A stretch of 64,000 bases of DNA from Lingula anatina (lineage: Eukaryota; Animalia; Brachiopoda). The notes under the pieces are model-generated. The model saw only the letters and a program-made list of their open reading frames with translations. It did no database searches and was not told the DNA's origin. Shown piece after piece: positions 22,701-36,000 of this stretch; positions within the stretch are counted from its first letter, which is position 1, and each line of letters starts with the position of its first letter. The stretch is taken from the NCBI GenBank assembly GCA_051362555.1, contig CM120642.1:24862001-24926000 (forward strand). Direction: 5' to 3'. A program made the position numbers and the translations under genes.

Positions 22701-25700
22701 ATGTCTATTTGTTTTTATTAAAAGAGATTGTGGTATATTTGCTCTGGAGATTCACTTATCAACATAATTTTGTCAATTGCTTTATTATCATCCTTTATGC
22801 CCTGTCTTAGAATTAATGTTAGTTCAGGGGAAAACCAAAATAATATTGAACTTGAAAGTGTATTCTTGTGTGGAACACTATTTCCAAAACAATGTGTTCT
22901 GTTGGCCCCCTAAATTTGTCATTAAATATGATATAAATGTGGTTGAAGTGCTAAATTTTATGTTAATTTCCTCATTTATTTCATGGTGAGTGTGAAATTT
23001 TGTTCCCACACAATCCCTTGAAATTTAGCTCATCCAGGTCGCATTTGATTTTTTATTTCCAAGTGACTATTTCAAAGAAAAGGAAAAAAAAATACAAGTG
23101 AAGTTTTCACTTTTCATTTCCATCTGCTGTTTCTTCAGAATATCTCTGAATATCATGACCTTGCACATCGAAACCCCACAAGTGTATACACAGGCAGGGG
23201 TGGCTATCTCTGTCACTGGGATAGCACAGGTAACACTGGCTTGCTCACACACTACTCTGACCCTCTAGACTGAATCAGATCTGAATGGAAAAACCGGATT
23301 GTAATCATGGAACATCTGCACAGCATAATTCCATTGAAGGAGATTTCCTCTGTTGATGGTAATAACTGGATTTGGGAGCGTTGTAAGGGCTCCCAACATG
23401 TCAAAACATGCCAGAAATGAGAGTCCTGATTCCATATAACTTATTTGAGAATCCTGCTGTTCAGATGCCAGCATGATTACAATATGTGGTGTTTTGAAAT
23501 TTAGATTGAATCAGTTTCGAGATGTCAGAGAGGACTGTGAATAGAGCCTGAGTTTTGGCCCAAGTTAAATTTGAACCCATGAACATGTGCATGATTTTTT
23601 TTCATTTTCATAAAGCATGTTTTAAGCATATGGTTTATTTACACCCCACCCCTCCCTATTTTACCTATCCACTATTTACCCTGAATGATTTCCCTGAATA
23701 TGAAAATATCAGTATTCCCTAAAATGCAAAGATCTGCTGCCAATGATTTTGACTAACCAAAATCGCATTTTTGTACTGATTCAAAATGGGAATGCTGATA
23801 TTGACGTATACTGTGAATTTATGCATGTCTCCGGGTTGGAAAGGTCAGAATTTCAGGTCATTTTAGCATTCTCAAGGAAGACAGGTAACTTTTTGGTGTT
23901 CAAGAATTGATGTTTTCTCAGGTTCAGGTTGTGTATATCCCACATTGATTGGTTATTGATTGGTTTTGATCAATTTATGATTTATAGACAAAATTATGTT
24001 CAGATGTAGAAGGTTGATAGAGACAAAATTCAAGAATGATTATTCACAACCCATCTGAGGAAACATCAAAAGACGGAATCTCAAGTCCCATTTATTTCCC
24101 CACTGTTTTAAAAAGTGAATCTTGGTTTTACCTGTAGAATATATCCAGTAAAATATTTCACTGAGGTCAGTGGGTGATCTACATTTCCCTAATTGGTTCA
24201 TTAGGTAGTAGTTAGCAAATCCGGTTCTAACATTTCTTTTTCTGCAGAATTAACCTGAACACCATGACCCTAAAGGTCACCAGTCCTCAGGTGTACACAC
24301 AGTTAGGGGTGGCAATCTCAGTCACTGGTATTGCACAGGTAAGGTTTTCTACAGGTATGACACTGTGCTATGTAACACACTAGCTGGGGCACACACTAGC
24401 ATGGTTTTCTTTTCAGCCACTAAGCTAAAAATGAATTACCCAGACCACATTTTTTGTGTTTAATCGTGACGAAATTGATGATGTTTTATTTGGTATTTTT
24501 GAAAGGTTTTGTGAACGGACTTATTTTAACGTTTGCTTGGTTGTTTTTAGCTATTGGTGAAAGTGAATCATGCTAATGCAAGCCCACACCAGTGTTGTGC
24601 ACGTGTGATACAAAGCGGTGCTTAGCACCCCGCCCTCCCCCCTTTTTTTTCTTACAAAAACTTGGTTTGCAGTTGTGTGGATTTTTGTCTACCTGTCACT
24701 ATGGTGTTATTTTTTTGTAATTCTCTGCTTCAGAATAACTCTCAACACAATGACTCTTGTAATAGAGAGTCCAAATGTGTATACCCAGCTTGGTGTTGCC
24801 ATTTCTGTAACAGGTGTAGCCCAGGTGAGAATTAGTTTTTTTTGTGAGGACATCACATGTTATTTATATGGGACCATTCAGAGTGAGAAGAGCCGAGTGC
24901 TAGCTAGGCCATGACCTAAATATGACGGACCTTCATGAAAGGAAGAACGCTTAATCCATGCCTTGTCCTTTGGTTGAATTGAGCCGAGACTTAATTACTG
25001 TGCCCCTGGAGGGATGACGCGTAAGGACGTGTGTGAGAGGTGGAGAGACCATTACGGGATTAAGTGGTCTTCTTTTCATGTAGGTCGGCCATATTTAGGT
25101 CATGGCCTAGCTAGCACTCGGCTCTTCTCATTCTGAATGGTCCCTATTGTAGACGAAACTTGATCTTGTAAAAAAGTAAAGTGAAGGGCCTTTGCAGTCA
25201 CTGCTTGGGTGGTGAGGAAAGTAAATGCATACTAACCCCCCCCCCCCACCCACCTATTCACCCACTATCAAGGGGAAGCAAATTTTCTATTCCTGATGCA
25301 TACGCTGTGACATGTTTCCAGAGTTTGTCCTTTTCTGAAGCGAACAGGATTAATATTAAAGCTGAAATTTTTCACAAAGTAAAGCTATTAAAAAATGAAA
25401 TGTTTATTTTAAAAAAATTACTAACATTTCTATTTTCGCTGTTTAAGGTAATTAACATTTGCATCAGTTAACCTGCAAACAATATCAATTATAATGGCTT
25501 CTCTGGTAACATTTTGTCTTTGAAAAACAAGTGTTGGGTAAAAAAAAGTTTGATTGTTAAAACTGGCCCAGTCTTCCCCAACCTCCCAAATTCACCTTTG
25601 TGTACTCAGATACTTTATAGACTGAATTCCGTACTAGCAATATGAAAGGTGAGTTGTATCAACATCTTAGAATTTGAAAATTGGGTGGGACAAATAATCA

Positions 25701-27142
25701 AAGAGCAGTGTATTTTTGCAATTTTTGAAGTGTTTTCCCTTTAAATTTATTTGAGTGCATTTTGGTGAAGAGTGCATTTTGGTGAAGTTTCTGGGTTCAG
25801 TTACAGTAACGTATTTATTTGAGTCTTTGACCTTCTTTAGAAGTCTTCAGCTGTAAGTTCTTCAAACTTAACTTGTAGATTAGACATTGTTGTACTTTAT
25901 TAATACCGTTCTCAGAAGTAGTATTGAGCACTGTAGTTGTCATTCGTTTGTACATAGTATTTGAGACATATTGTGTTGTTTTGTTTACTAGTAAGCCAAA
26001 TTTTTTTATATCAAAAAATATTAACAATTCTGGTTAAGGTCCAAAATGGTTGCCCTGTTTTGTTACTGACATCAGCTTAACTTAATAATATTTAAGAATA
26101 ATTTGTCTATAATTTATGTTTTGGTATAAGCCTCATTACTTCAAAACATAATTATTTAAAGTTACAGTGAGCATGATAAGCTACTAAATTACAAAACTTA
26201 TTTTCTCCCTCTTGAAATTGTGATTAATATAAAGGACCAGTGTTGTAAGCAGTAATATGTATTTTAATAAATCTTATAAATGAACAAAAATGATGAAATA
26301 AGTGAGCTATAAAGAATGTTATGGAATTCATAATTGGCATTGTGAATTTATATCAGTACTTGTAAATGACAAGATATTCCGCCTCATATCCAATCTCCTG
26401 TCTGTGTAACTCCAGGTGAAGATTCAGGGCGCCAACCGCGAGATGCTGGAGGCAGCATGTCAGCAGTTCCTGGGGAAAAGTGAGAATGAAATCCGCAGCA
26501 TTGCCCAAGAGACCTTAGAGGGTCACCAGAGAGCTATCATGGGAACCATGACAGTGGAGGTAAGCTGATATATCACCTGTTGGGGATCAATTCTGTGACC
26601 ATAATCTTGATTTAATCAATCTTGATCTTTTATTTCCTTTGCCCAGTGATAAAATTACCAGCATGATGTCTACGTGTTTACTTTTATGATGATATGGGAT
26701 TTCCTTGCTATATTCACACTATGTATTTCTTACAATTTCCCATTTTATAGTTTTTTAAGATTATGTGAATTTTAATCACAGATGTTCTGGGTGTAATTGG
26801 GATTCTGTGCTGAATTTTATTTTCAGCAAGAAAGTATGATTAGTATTGAGATTTTTTATGTTTAGAATGACCTGACTCTGAAATGTAAGAGTTATTATTG
26901 CAAGGTAGTTATTTTGCTGACTGCAAAGTCAACTTTTCAAAATGAATATTATTGTTAGAATTCTATATGTATGCAAACTTTAAAAGTTGATGGTTCCAAA
27001 ATTTCAGGAAATCTACAAAGACCGTAAGAAGTTTTCCAAAGCTGTATTTGAGGTGGCTTCGTCTGATCTTATCAATATGGGTATTAGTGTGGTGAGCTAT
27101 ACCCTGAAGGACATAAGAGATGACGAGGTAATGAAATCCCCC

Positions 27143-27193
<51 letters not shown>

Positions 27194-29950
27194 CACACAC
27201 CTGTTAAAATTATAAATATAGTATAGCCATCACCCCTGTAAAGTTAGCAAATATGTAAGAATAGATAGATCCCATTACAGAATTGTATATACACATGAAA
27301 TATTTTCAAAAAAAAAAAAAAAAAAACTTCTATAAGACATATCCAGCTGCTCATTTTGGAGCAGCCCCCTCAAGTTGTCTCATTCTAGGCTTACTTGAAA
27401 TCCCTTGGCCTGGCACGTACAGCAGAGGTGATGAGGGATGCTAGAATTGGGGAGGCTGAGGCCAAGATGGAGACTGTTATCAGAGTAAATGAAGGGCATG
27501 CTATATTGTTCTGCATGGATATGTTTCTCCTTCTGTGTCTTAGTGGTTAGGATTTTGGAGTGGTGATTATGCACTATTTGAATTTAAGGAAAAACTAGAT
27601 GGAATATTGTAATTGGGAGTCTTTGGTCAATTAAGTGGAAGTTTTGTCTGTATCTGACAGTTTGGATTACTCAAGTCATTACTGGTGAGCAAAATTACAC
27701 AACTTTGGATATTTTGGATTACTATGTTGACTAAGCTTTTCTTTAGAATACAACTTAGTTTGGTCATATATCATCCTAAAGGATTGCATATTTTGCACCA
27801 CTCTAAAATCTGACAAGCTTTGACATATTGTGAAGGATCAGTGTGTAGATATTTTTGTAGTTATTCCTTTTATTTACCCATTTATGTGGTTGGTGTTTTA
27901 GGGCTATTTGAAATCTCTGGGTATGTCAAGGACAGCCCAGGTAAAGAGGGATGCCAGAATTGGTGAGGCCGAAGCAAAGAGAGATGCAGGAATGAAGGCA
28001 AGTATGATCACTGCCAGTGTTATTGGCTGACCAAGTTAAGCTGTAAGTCAGCATCAGCTGTGGACCAAGCTGCTGAGTCAAGACTAATTCAATTCAAAGA
28101 CTAAGATTTGAATCAGTCGTAGAGATGCATGATAAAGTTGTTAACCTTTACAGTAAATGTCATTCTTAAGACCAACAGCAATTTCAAACACAAGACAATG
28201 GCATGGTTAAAACATTATGTTAACCCATTTTGTTTAATAAGCTTAGCCAGTTTAGTTAGTTTCTAGGGTGTGTTTATTGCTTGGTAGATGAAGTAAGATT
28301 TTTTATGCTTTAGCTGTTGAAAAAGTAAATTATTATAATTTATTGCATGAAGTATATGCAAGATATTAATATGTGTTGACAGTGTTGTCTTTAAAGTGTT
28401 TCTGCCTTGCTGTTTCAACTTTTCCCAACATAAAGTCAATTTTAATTCAATTTAAGTACATCTGATGAAGACATAATGCTTAAACAGTTCATGCTGTCTT
28501 TAATTTGGAATCATAACATCTTACCTGACTCAAAGATTACCTGAGCAGTCTGTTGACATTTCATCTTCTACATGGTTACAGGAAGCCATTGCCGAGGAGC
28601 AGAGAATGGCCGCCCGTTACCAAAATGACATAGAAATCGCAAAAGCCCAAAGGGACTTTGAACTGAAGAAAGCTGCCTATGACCAAGAAGTGCAGACAAA
28701 GAAGGCTCAGTCTGACTTGGCATATGAACTGCAAGTAAGTGGAGAGAGAGAGAGAAAATTGTATTGTAACAGATATTATGTAAATTGGTTCTTGCTGAAG
28801 GTTTGATATTGTATATGCAATTTGATTGCTAGGAGGAATTTGTCGTCAAAGCCAAGTTGAAGTTTTTACTGATAATCTGCATACATCTATTGACACAAAG
28901 GCCCATGGCAGTTCCCCTTTGTATCGTTGTTTTCAGCAAGTTTTGCCAAGTCTACAGTAGTTTTCACATTCTTCACTATGATTTGTAAAATATGAAAGGG
29001 GTTAAAAGGACATGTTTTGTCAGCAGTTACACAAATGTGTGCATTCTGATCAATGTATCTGTGTCCAATGTTACCAGGCCGCCAAGACCAAACAGCGCAT
29101 CAAGGAGGAACAGATGCAGATCAAGGTGGTAGAAAGGACACAGCAGATTCAGGTACAGCAGCAGGAGATTGTCCGTAAAGAGCGTGAACTAGAAGCAACC
29201 ATTCGTAAGCCTGCAGAAGCAGAGAAATACAGACTTGAGAGACTGGCTGAAGCAAACAAGTGAGTAATGGGACACATGCATGAAAATAGCCCCCCCCTCC
29301 TCCCTCCCCCATTCTCAATCAGGAGGTTAGGAGGGATATTAAAAGAATAATATTTAATTGGTGGATTAATTTGATCAGGAAAAAAGTCAGTTTTTTATTT
29401 ATTTATGTATTAAGTTAAGAAAATGAAATTAAAATGGCAAAATTATATCAAAGTGAAATTAAATACGTCATTTTTACAGGACACGGTTGAATACTTTCAT
29501 GTGACACAGTTAAATAATTTTGAATAATATCGTTACTTTTAGGAACCGGGTAATTCTGGAAGCCCAGGCCAATGCCGAAGCTGTTCAGGTAAAGATATTT
29601 CCAGTATAGCCAAGGAAGAATTTGAAACTGGTCACTTTTAACCTCATGTCAATTCATGTTGTGTAATCACTTTACCGGGTGGCTATATTTAATGCCTTCA
29701 AATTCTGCTGCAGTTCTTACCACAAAGAGAGCTATCGTATAATACTATTTATTACTGTCTTTGTGATTCAGGTGAAAGGAGAAGCTGAAGCTTATGCCAT
29801 TGAAGCCAAGGCTAAGGCAGAAGCAGAACAGATGGCTAAGAAAGCAGATGCCTGGAAGGACTACCAGGATGCAGCTAAAGTGGATATGGTGTTGGAGACA
29901 TTACCTAAGGTATTTTTGACTGTCTGCATTTGTCTGTGTCCGTGTGTGTG

Positions 29951-30018
<68 letters not shown>

Positions 30019-30848
30019 TTAGGTTGTAGAAGAATAAAGAAGATGCTTGAGTAAGTAAAGTAACTTTTTTCAACCTGTTAAAACTACAACTAATATGTCT
30101 TCAAAGTATTCTATATTAACAACCTCAAACCTTTCTGTAATAAACGAAGTTTGATTGTCAATGTTCTGTAATACTTCCACATTCTTGTTTTCATGTAATT
30201 CTTTGTTGAAAATATAGGTGGCAGCAGAAGTTGCTGCTCCTCTGGCCCAGTGTAAGAAGGTCACCATGGTGTCCAGTGGCAAGGGTGACGTGGGTGCTTC
30301 TAAACTGACTGGAGAAGTACTGGACATAATGGAGAAACTGCCTGGACTGGTCAAGCAGATGACCGGAGTGGACATTGCCAAGGTGGGTTGAAGACTTGTT
30401 TATGGTTCAGATGACAAGGGTATATTTTAAGGCATCTGTATCCTGTTTCTTTGAGATCTACATTGCCCAGGAAAGTCAATTGTCGGTCTGAGGTGTTAGT
30501 CTGGTTTTATTAAAGTGAGATGCATTAAGTGGAAGTGCCATTTTGTGATTCTGTGTGTTGTCCACCCATTTATAACAAGTGCAGATAAATTTGTTTATTT
30601 CCATGTTTTCCCCAGGATGTCTATTAATTTCTGTTACCTATTACTTAACATTTGTAATATAGTCAACATATTGGTAGTACATTGGTAATGTGCAAAAATA
30701 TTTCTAAAAATACCTGCACAAGGTGCATATGATCTGAAAGTGTTCACCAAGTAATTACAGTGCAGCAACATTAAAAAAATGTTAATTTATTCAGCTTTAA
30801 TTTTGACATTTGTTTTAATTTCAGACCATGCACGTGAGGCAAGTGTAG
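19746..30848 (+). CDS. FLOT1: Flotillin-1 (SPFH/band-7 + flotillin domain), 426 aa, 12 coding-exon positions
   Basis: Exons: 19746-19791; [20556-20631 | 21911-21986]; [23139-23229 | 24248-24338 | 24734-24824]; 26416-26559; 27008-27127; [27389-27484 | 27902-27997]; 28582-28734; 29078-29259; 29543-29588; 29772-29909; 30218-30382; 30825-30848. One exon per bracket gives 1281 nt in frame. Translation [16 protein letters not shown]...[10 protein letters not shown]...EIYKDR...[19 protein letters not shown]...[24 protein letters not shown] is typical flotillin-1. Confidence 0.97.
20556..20631 (+). CDS. FLOT1: FLOT1 alternative exon 2a (76 nt): [26 protein letters not shown]
   Basis: tag|GC...AA|gtaagg; same length and phase as 2b. 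Confidence 0.9.
21911..21986 (+). CDS. FLOT1: FLOT1 alternative exon 2b (76 nt): [26 protein letters not shown]
   Basis: tag|GC...AG|gtaaac; paralogous to 2a. Confidence 0.9.
23139..23229 (+). CDS. FLOT1: FLOT1 alternative exon 3a (91 nt): [30 protein letters not shown]
   Basis: cag|A...CAG|gtaaca. Confidence 0.9.
24248..24338 (+). CDS. FLOT1: FLOT1 alternative exon 3b (91 nt): [30 protein letters not shown]
   Basis: cag|A...CAG|gtaagg. Confidence 0.9.
24734..24824 (+). CDS. FLOT1: FLOT1 alternative exon 3c (91 nt): [30 protein letters not shown]
   Basis: cag|A...CAG|gtgaga. Confidence 0.9.
24870..25144. mobile_element. 275-bp palindromic MITE, PIF/Harbinger (Tourist)-like
   Basis: Termini GGGACCATTCAGA...TCTGAATGGTCCC, ~90-bp near-perfect inverted arms, and a 3-bp TAT duplication on both flanks. 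Confidence 0.85.
27389..27484 (+). CDS. FLOT1: FLOT1 alternative exon 6a (96 nt): [32 protein letters not shown]
   Basis: tag|GCT...AGA|gtaaat. Confidence 0.88.
27902..27997 (+). CDS. FLOT1: FLOT1 alternative exon 6b (96 nt, GC donor): [32 protein letters not shown]
   Basis: tag|GGC...AAG|gcaagt; closer than 6a to the usual flotillin-1 sequence. Confidence 0.88.
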
Positions 30849-32968
30849 ATGGCACTTCAAGAGGAGACCAAACCACAACAGAATTCAATAGCCACTCCCT
30901 AGTCATAGACGTTCACATACATGGAATAGAATTTTGTGTGAAGTTGTCATGTAAATTAGTGTGTACTTCATTCATGTTTTGAATCTTCTCCCTTTTTACC
31001 CTTGCAGTTCCAGTATCGTATTATGTACATAATTTTCATGCTGGGGTGGTACACTGTATTTCTACTCTGATATAGTACAAGTCTAATTGGAACTTTTGTT
31101 AGATTTGAGGAAGACAGTTGATGTTGTCTTTGTGGAGATTTTTTTTGCTGACTCTAATTTTCACTGTGAAAAAAACAGTCTTATGTTACTCAAGAATCAG
31201 ATAAAGAGGAATACACTTTTGAAACAGAGGTAGCCTTAATGCCTGAAGACATCATCCTACATAATTTGCTGGGGGACATGACCTCTGTAAACTGGAAGCA
31301 AGTTTTGGAATAGAAAAAGATCTTATGGATATGTTTTGTGTTGTATTACTCTGATTTGTTGAACTGCTACCTCTGTAGAACTTAGTGCCCAAAAGTACTT
31401 TTTTTTTACTATTAATGGCAGCATAACCATGCTTTATAACAGAATTTCATTTTGTCATATTAATTTTTTTCTTTGTAAATGAATGTTAAGGATTGTCAAT
31501 GTAGTTAATTTTTACAGAGGAACCACTTATTGCTCCAGTTTGAATGATATTTTATCATGTTTTCATAATAACATTGAGTAATTTTTACATTTTTTATGTG
31601 TAGAGTCCTAGTGTGAAGTTTCCTTCACTTTTATTTTTGTAATAATTCCCACGTAGTTCTAATTTACTCTCAACGTCACAGATTTGTAAATAATTTCAAC
31701 AACCTCCAGCTTTTATAATATTTGTCAAGATGGAGACAAACCACAAGAAAGTATTACCCCCTCACTATGTTCAATACACAGCACTGTACAAACACGAGGA
31801 GTTTATTTGAATCCACCATGAAAAGCAATATTTTTGCCATATTAGTTAATAAGCAAGGTATGTTCGAGTTCTCACAAACAATAAGTCTTCATATTTGCAT
31901 GTCTCTTTGTAGATGCAATGTACACAATTTGTTTCGTTTATCTATATTTTTCACCAAAATTGCCATAAAGTGGAGAGGTGTTTGTCGGCTTGCTATTTTC
32001 GTTACATTTCGTGTATGCCATGACCTTGTTGAGAGTAATGCAGTATTGTACATGTAATGGATATGTCGCTTCCGTCTTGGAATTGCTACCATTTGAATTG
32101 ATAAGTACAAGTCGTGCAAAAGTCGCATGAAATTGAATTGTCAGGAGTACTCAAATCATCTTATTATGGCAAAGTGTTACGAGCAGTGTGATGTCTTTTT
32201 GTAATTTTTTTTTTTCATATCTAATTTAGAAATACAAGGTGTGAACTTACATACTTAGATATTGACTATGAAATACCCTTCAGGGTACGAATATTATATA
32301 AGAAAGGACATTTCAAAGTTGATAGCTATTAAGGTGAAGATGTATCAATGTAATTAACGTATTCTTGTTTATGATATTCACATGGAATAAACCTTCTGTA
32401 ACTCCCCCAATTTGTCATGATATTTTTAAATATTCAGACAGTGTTACCTACATATACACGTGCCAAACAAAGCGTGCATCTGATGAATTGCCTTTTATAA
32501 CTATTATGAAAATTACAATGTTTTAAAACGACACAATACAGGGGAAAATCAGCGCAGGTTGTGACGATCAATGACGAAAAATTAATTTAAGGACTTGAGA
32601 AAATGTAATCCGAATTCTAAAGGCAGCAATGAACAGAACTTAAAAGTTTAAACAATTCAAAATTTTAAATAACATTGAAACTAACAGGAGTTATAAAATT
32701 TTCTTCAAGTGTAATGTATAGTAAACAAGAATTTCTCGTTAAAATACTATACATCCCACTAACTACTTCATTAAGTTGTCAATTTCATATTATTTGAAGG
32801 GTAAGATAAGATTTTGACACGTTAATATTTTAAGCGGTTGGCGCTCAATCGCAAGCTATCACTAGTAAACCTAGTGGACACAGAACCTTGTAAAAAGGCA
32901 ATTTGCGTTTTACGGCGAATGACCAAATGGCGTTACGGTGGCCTTATGGCATGTCTCAACAATCCAGT

Positions 32969-33033
32969 TTACTTGGCCCAGGCAGGGTCATATACGAGTG
33001 GAAAGAATTGACCTTCCATTTTGTGGCCCTACA

Positions 33034-33086
<53 letters not shown>

Positions 33087-36000
33087 GATCCAATTTAGGA
33101 CATAGTTATCATAATCATGCACCTTTTCCTGACAGATAGGGTGGCATTTTTAGTGACACGACGCTATAAGAAATCAGCAACTGAATTTGTACGCAGATGA
33201 TGTGTTTAACACTGTACCTTAGGTATTATTGTTTCTTGGGAGAGTTTATCGTCCAGATTTTCATCCGTGTCAGTGCCACTGTTTCCTCTCAGCATAGCTC
33301 TGTCCGTGTCACTGTACACACCATCGGCGAAATAATTTAATACCGCAGCACGCCGAGGCTTGTCTGTCCTCAAAGACACAAACATCATTTGATAAGAATA
33401 TTATAAGGAGATGAGGCGTAACCTTTTCAAAGCAATTTTCAACTTACAGGCCCGTAGCCAGGGGGGTTCGGGGGGTTCGAAAGAACCGCCCCTTTTGCTG
33501 GAAAAAGGTCCACTCTGGGTAAAATTTGATCTACAGTAGGTACATGAAGTTTTTATGGGAAAAGGTCCACTTTTTCAGAAAAAGAACCCCCCTTTTGAAA
33601 TTGCTGGCTACCGGCCTGACTTAGATATCTCGTCATTAAAATTGAGCATCTAGGCATGTGTCAACAAGTACCAGAAGGCGATTCCGAGAAGTTGGATTGG
33701 TTGAAAGTATTTATCACGATTATTTCTACAATTAAAATGGTAACAAGTAAGAGATAATATTTTAGCCTAAATTGTATCCATAATGACACTATTACATGGG
33801 CAGTGACTTATTGAAATATTATGTGGAACAGTTACTCTGAAAATGACAAGCAGCGGAGAATATTGTTTGCAACATTGCAACGTTATCATTTCAAACACAT
33901 TCAGCAATCTGTACATTACGTTTACTTGTTATCATAAGATCCATGAACCGTCATAGCATTATGGAAACTGGCATGTCCTTTCTTTAACAGCGCGGGCACT
34001 GGCTTAAAAGCGGCCTTCTCTTCATCAGTTAGGATGGACTGAAACACAGTAAATGATGTTACCGTTTCCCCACGAAACACAATCGTCGTGAAAATTGCTC
34101 ACATGTGTGAAATTAAAAGAAGCAAGTAACATTTGTTTTAGGGTAGAGCCAACCAAACAATAGTTAAAATACATGTACTGTCACACTTAGCGTTTAGCAG
34201 TAGGCCTAATAGTCTGGTGGGAAGGAGGGGTTCACGTGCAACCCCGTGAAAAACAGTGGATACCTATATTTTCTTAACCCTTGATGTCTAAATTTTTGAT
34301 TTCTAGATGTTCCCAGAGTGAAAAAATGTCCCATGGGGTTTTAATTTAATGATATGTAACACCCTGTCGCTCAAATAACCGCATTTGAAATAATGGGGGT
34401 AGGGGAAGAAAATTATCTATAGTTTGCAATTTAAATAAGATATAAGAATGGTTTATATATCATTATGTAGGTAAAGGGTTGCTCTAAAAATACAAGTAAT
34501 AAAAGTTATGTAATACTGAACCATGTCTAAGTAAAATGGTGTCAAAGGTCAAATGAGGTCAAATTTGAGAAATTTTCAGAAAAATAAAGCAATAAAGTTT
34601 ATCTGTATAGAGAATGTGAGCCAACAACATACTTTTAAGGGTATATTTTATAAATCCCATCTATATTACAAATGTTTAATGGTCATTTGTGACTTAGTTT
34701 TACAGTTTGTGAGAATTATGATGGATATGATTAACGTATGGGAGTATCAGTTAAATTTCAGATCAGTGGGGGTAGGGGAAGAAAATCACTCATAACTTAA
34801 AATTTAAGTAAGATATAACAATGATTTATACATCATTGCAAAGCTAAAGGCTAGTTCTAAAAACATAAGTAATAAAAATTATGTAATGCTAAACCATAAT
34901 GGAGTAAATGGGGTCAAAGGTCAAATGAGGTCAAATTTGAGAAATTTTCAGGAAAATAAGCCAATATAGTTTACTTATTTAGAGGATTAGAGCCCACAGT
35001 ACATTTTAGAGTATTTTTTGTAAGTTCCATCAATTAAGCAAATGCAAAATGATCTATTGGTATTTAATTTTACAGTTTGTGGAAATTTTAATGGATTAGG
35101 ATTGGATTGATTAACATATGGGTACTGACACTATCATTTCAATTTCAGAACAATGGGAGTAGGGGAAGAAAATCACCCATAACCTAAAATTTAAGTTATA
35201 TACAACAATGATTTGTATATCATTGCATATCTAAAGCATTGTTCTAAACATTAAAGTAATAAAAGTTATGTAATACTGAACCATCTCAAAGTAAAAGGGG
35301 GTCAAATAAGGTCAAATGAGGTCAAATTTGAGAAATTTTTAGAAAAATAAAGCAATAAAGTTTATCTGTATAGAGAATGTGAGCTACCAATATACTTTCT
35401 AGTGTATGTTTGGTAAATCTATCTATATGACAATGCTTAATGGTTATTTGCATCTTAATTTAGTTTGTGAGAATTATGATGGATATGATTAGCGTATGGG
35501 AATATAAGTTAAACTTCAGATCAGTGGGGGTATGGAAAGAAAATCAATCATAACTTAAAATTTAAGTAAGATATAACAATGATTCAAATATCATTGCATA
35601 GCTAAGGAGTTCTTCTAAACACATAAGTAATTAAAATTATGTAATACTTAACAATTATGGAGTAAATGGGGTCAAAGTTCAAATAAGGTCAAATTTGAGG
35701 AATTTTCAGTAAAATAAAGCAATAAAGTTTATTTATTTAGAGGGTTAGAGTCCACAGTATGATTTTGGAGTATGTAGTGCAAATCTCATCTTTATAGCAA
35801 ATGTTTTATAATCTTTTGAGACTTAATTGTACATTTTCTGAGATTTATCAATATGGTGGGATGTGTAGTTCAATTGCCAAAAATGGGGGTAGGGGAAAGA
35901 AATTCATTAATAGTATAGGATTTAATTAAGATATGACATTGATTATACATCACTGTGTTGATAAAAGAGAGCTCTAAACATCTAAGCAATAAAAGTTGTG

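Noticed and set aside
20556-27997. Duplicated flotillin exons as an assembly or haplotype duplication
   Set aside because: The copies are strongly diverged at synonymous sites and their flanking introns are unrelated.
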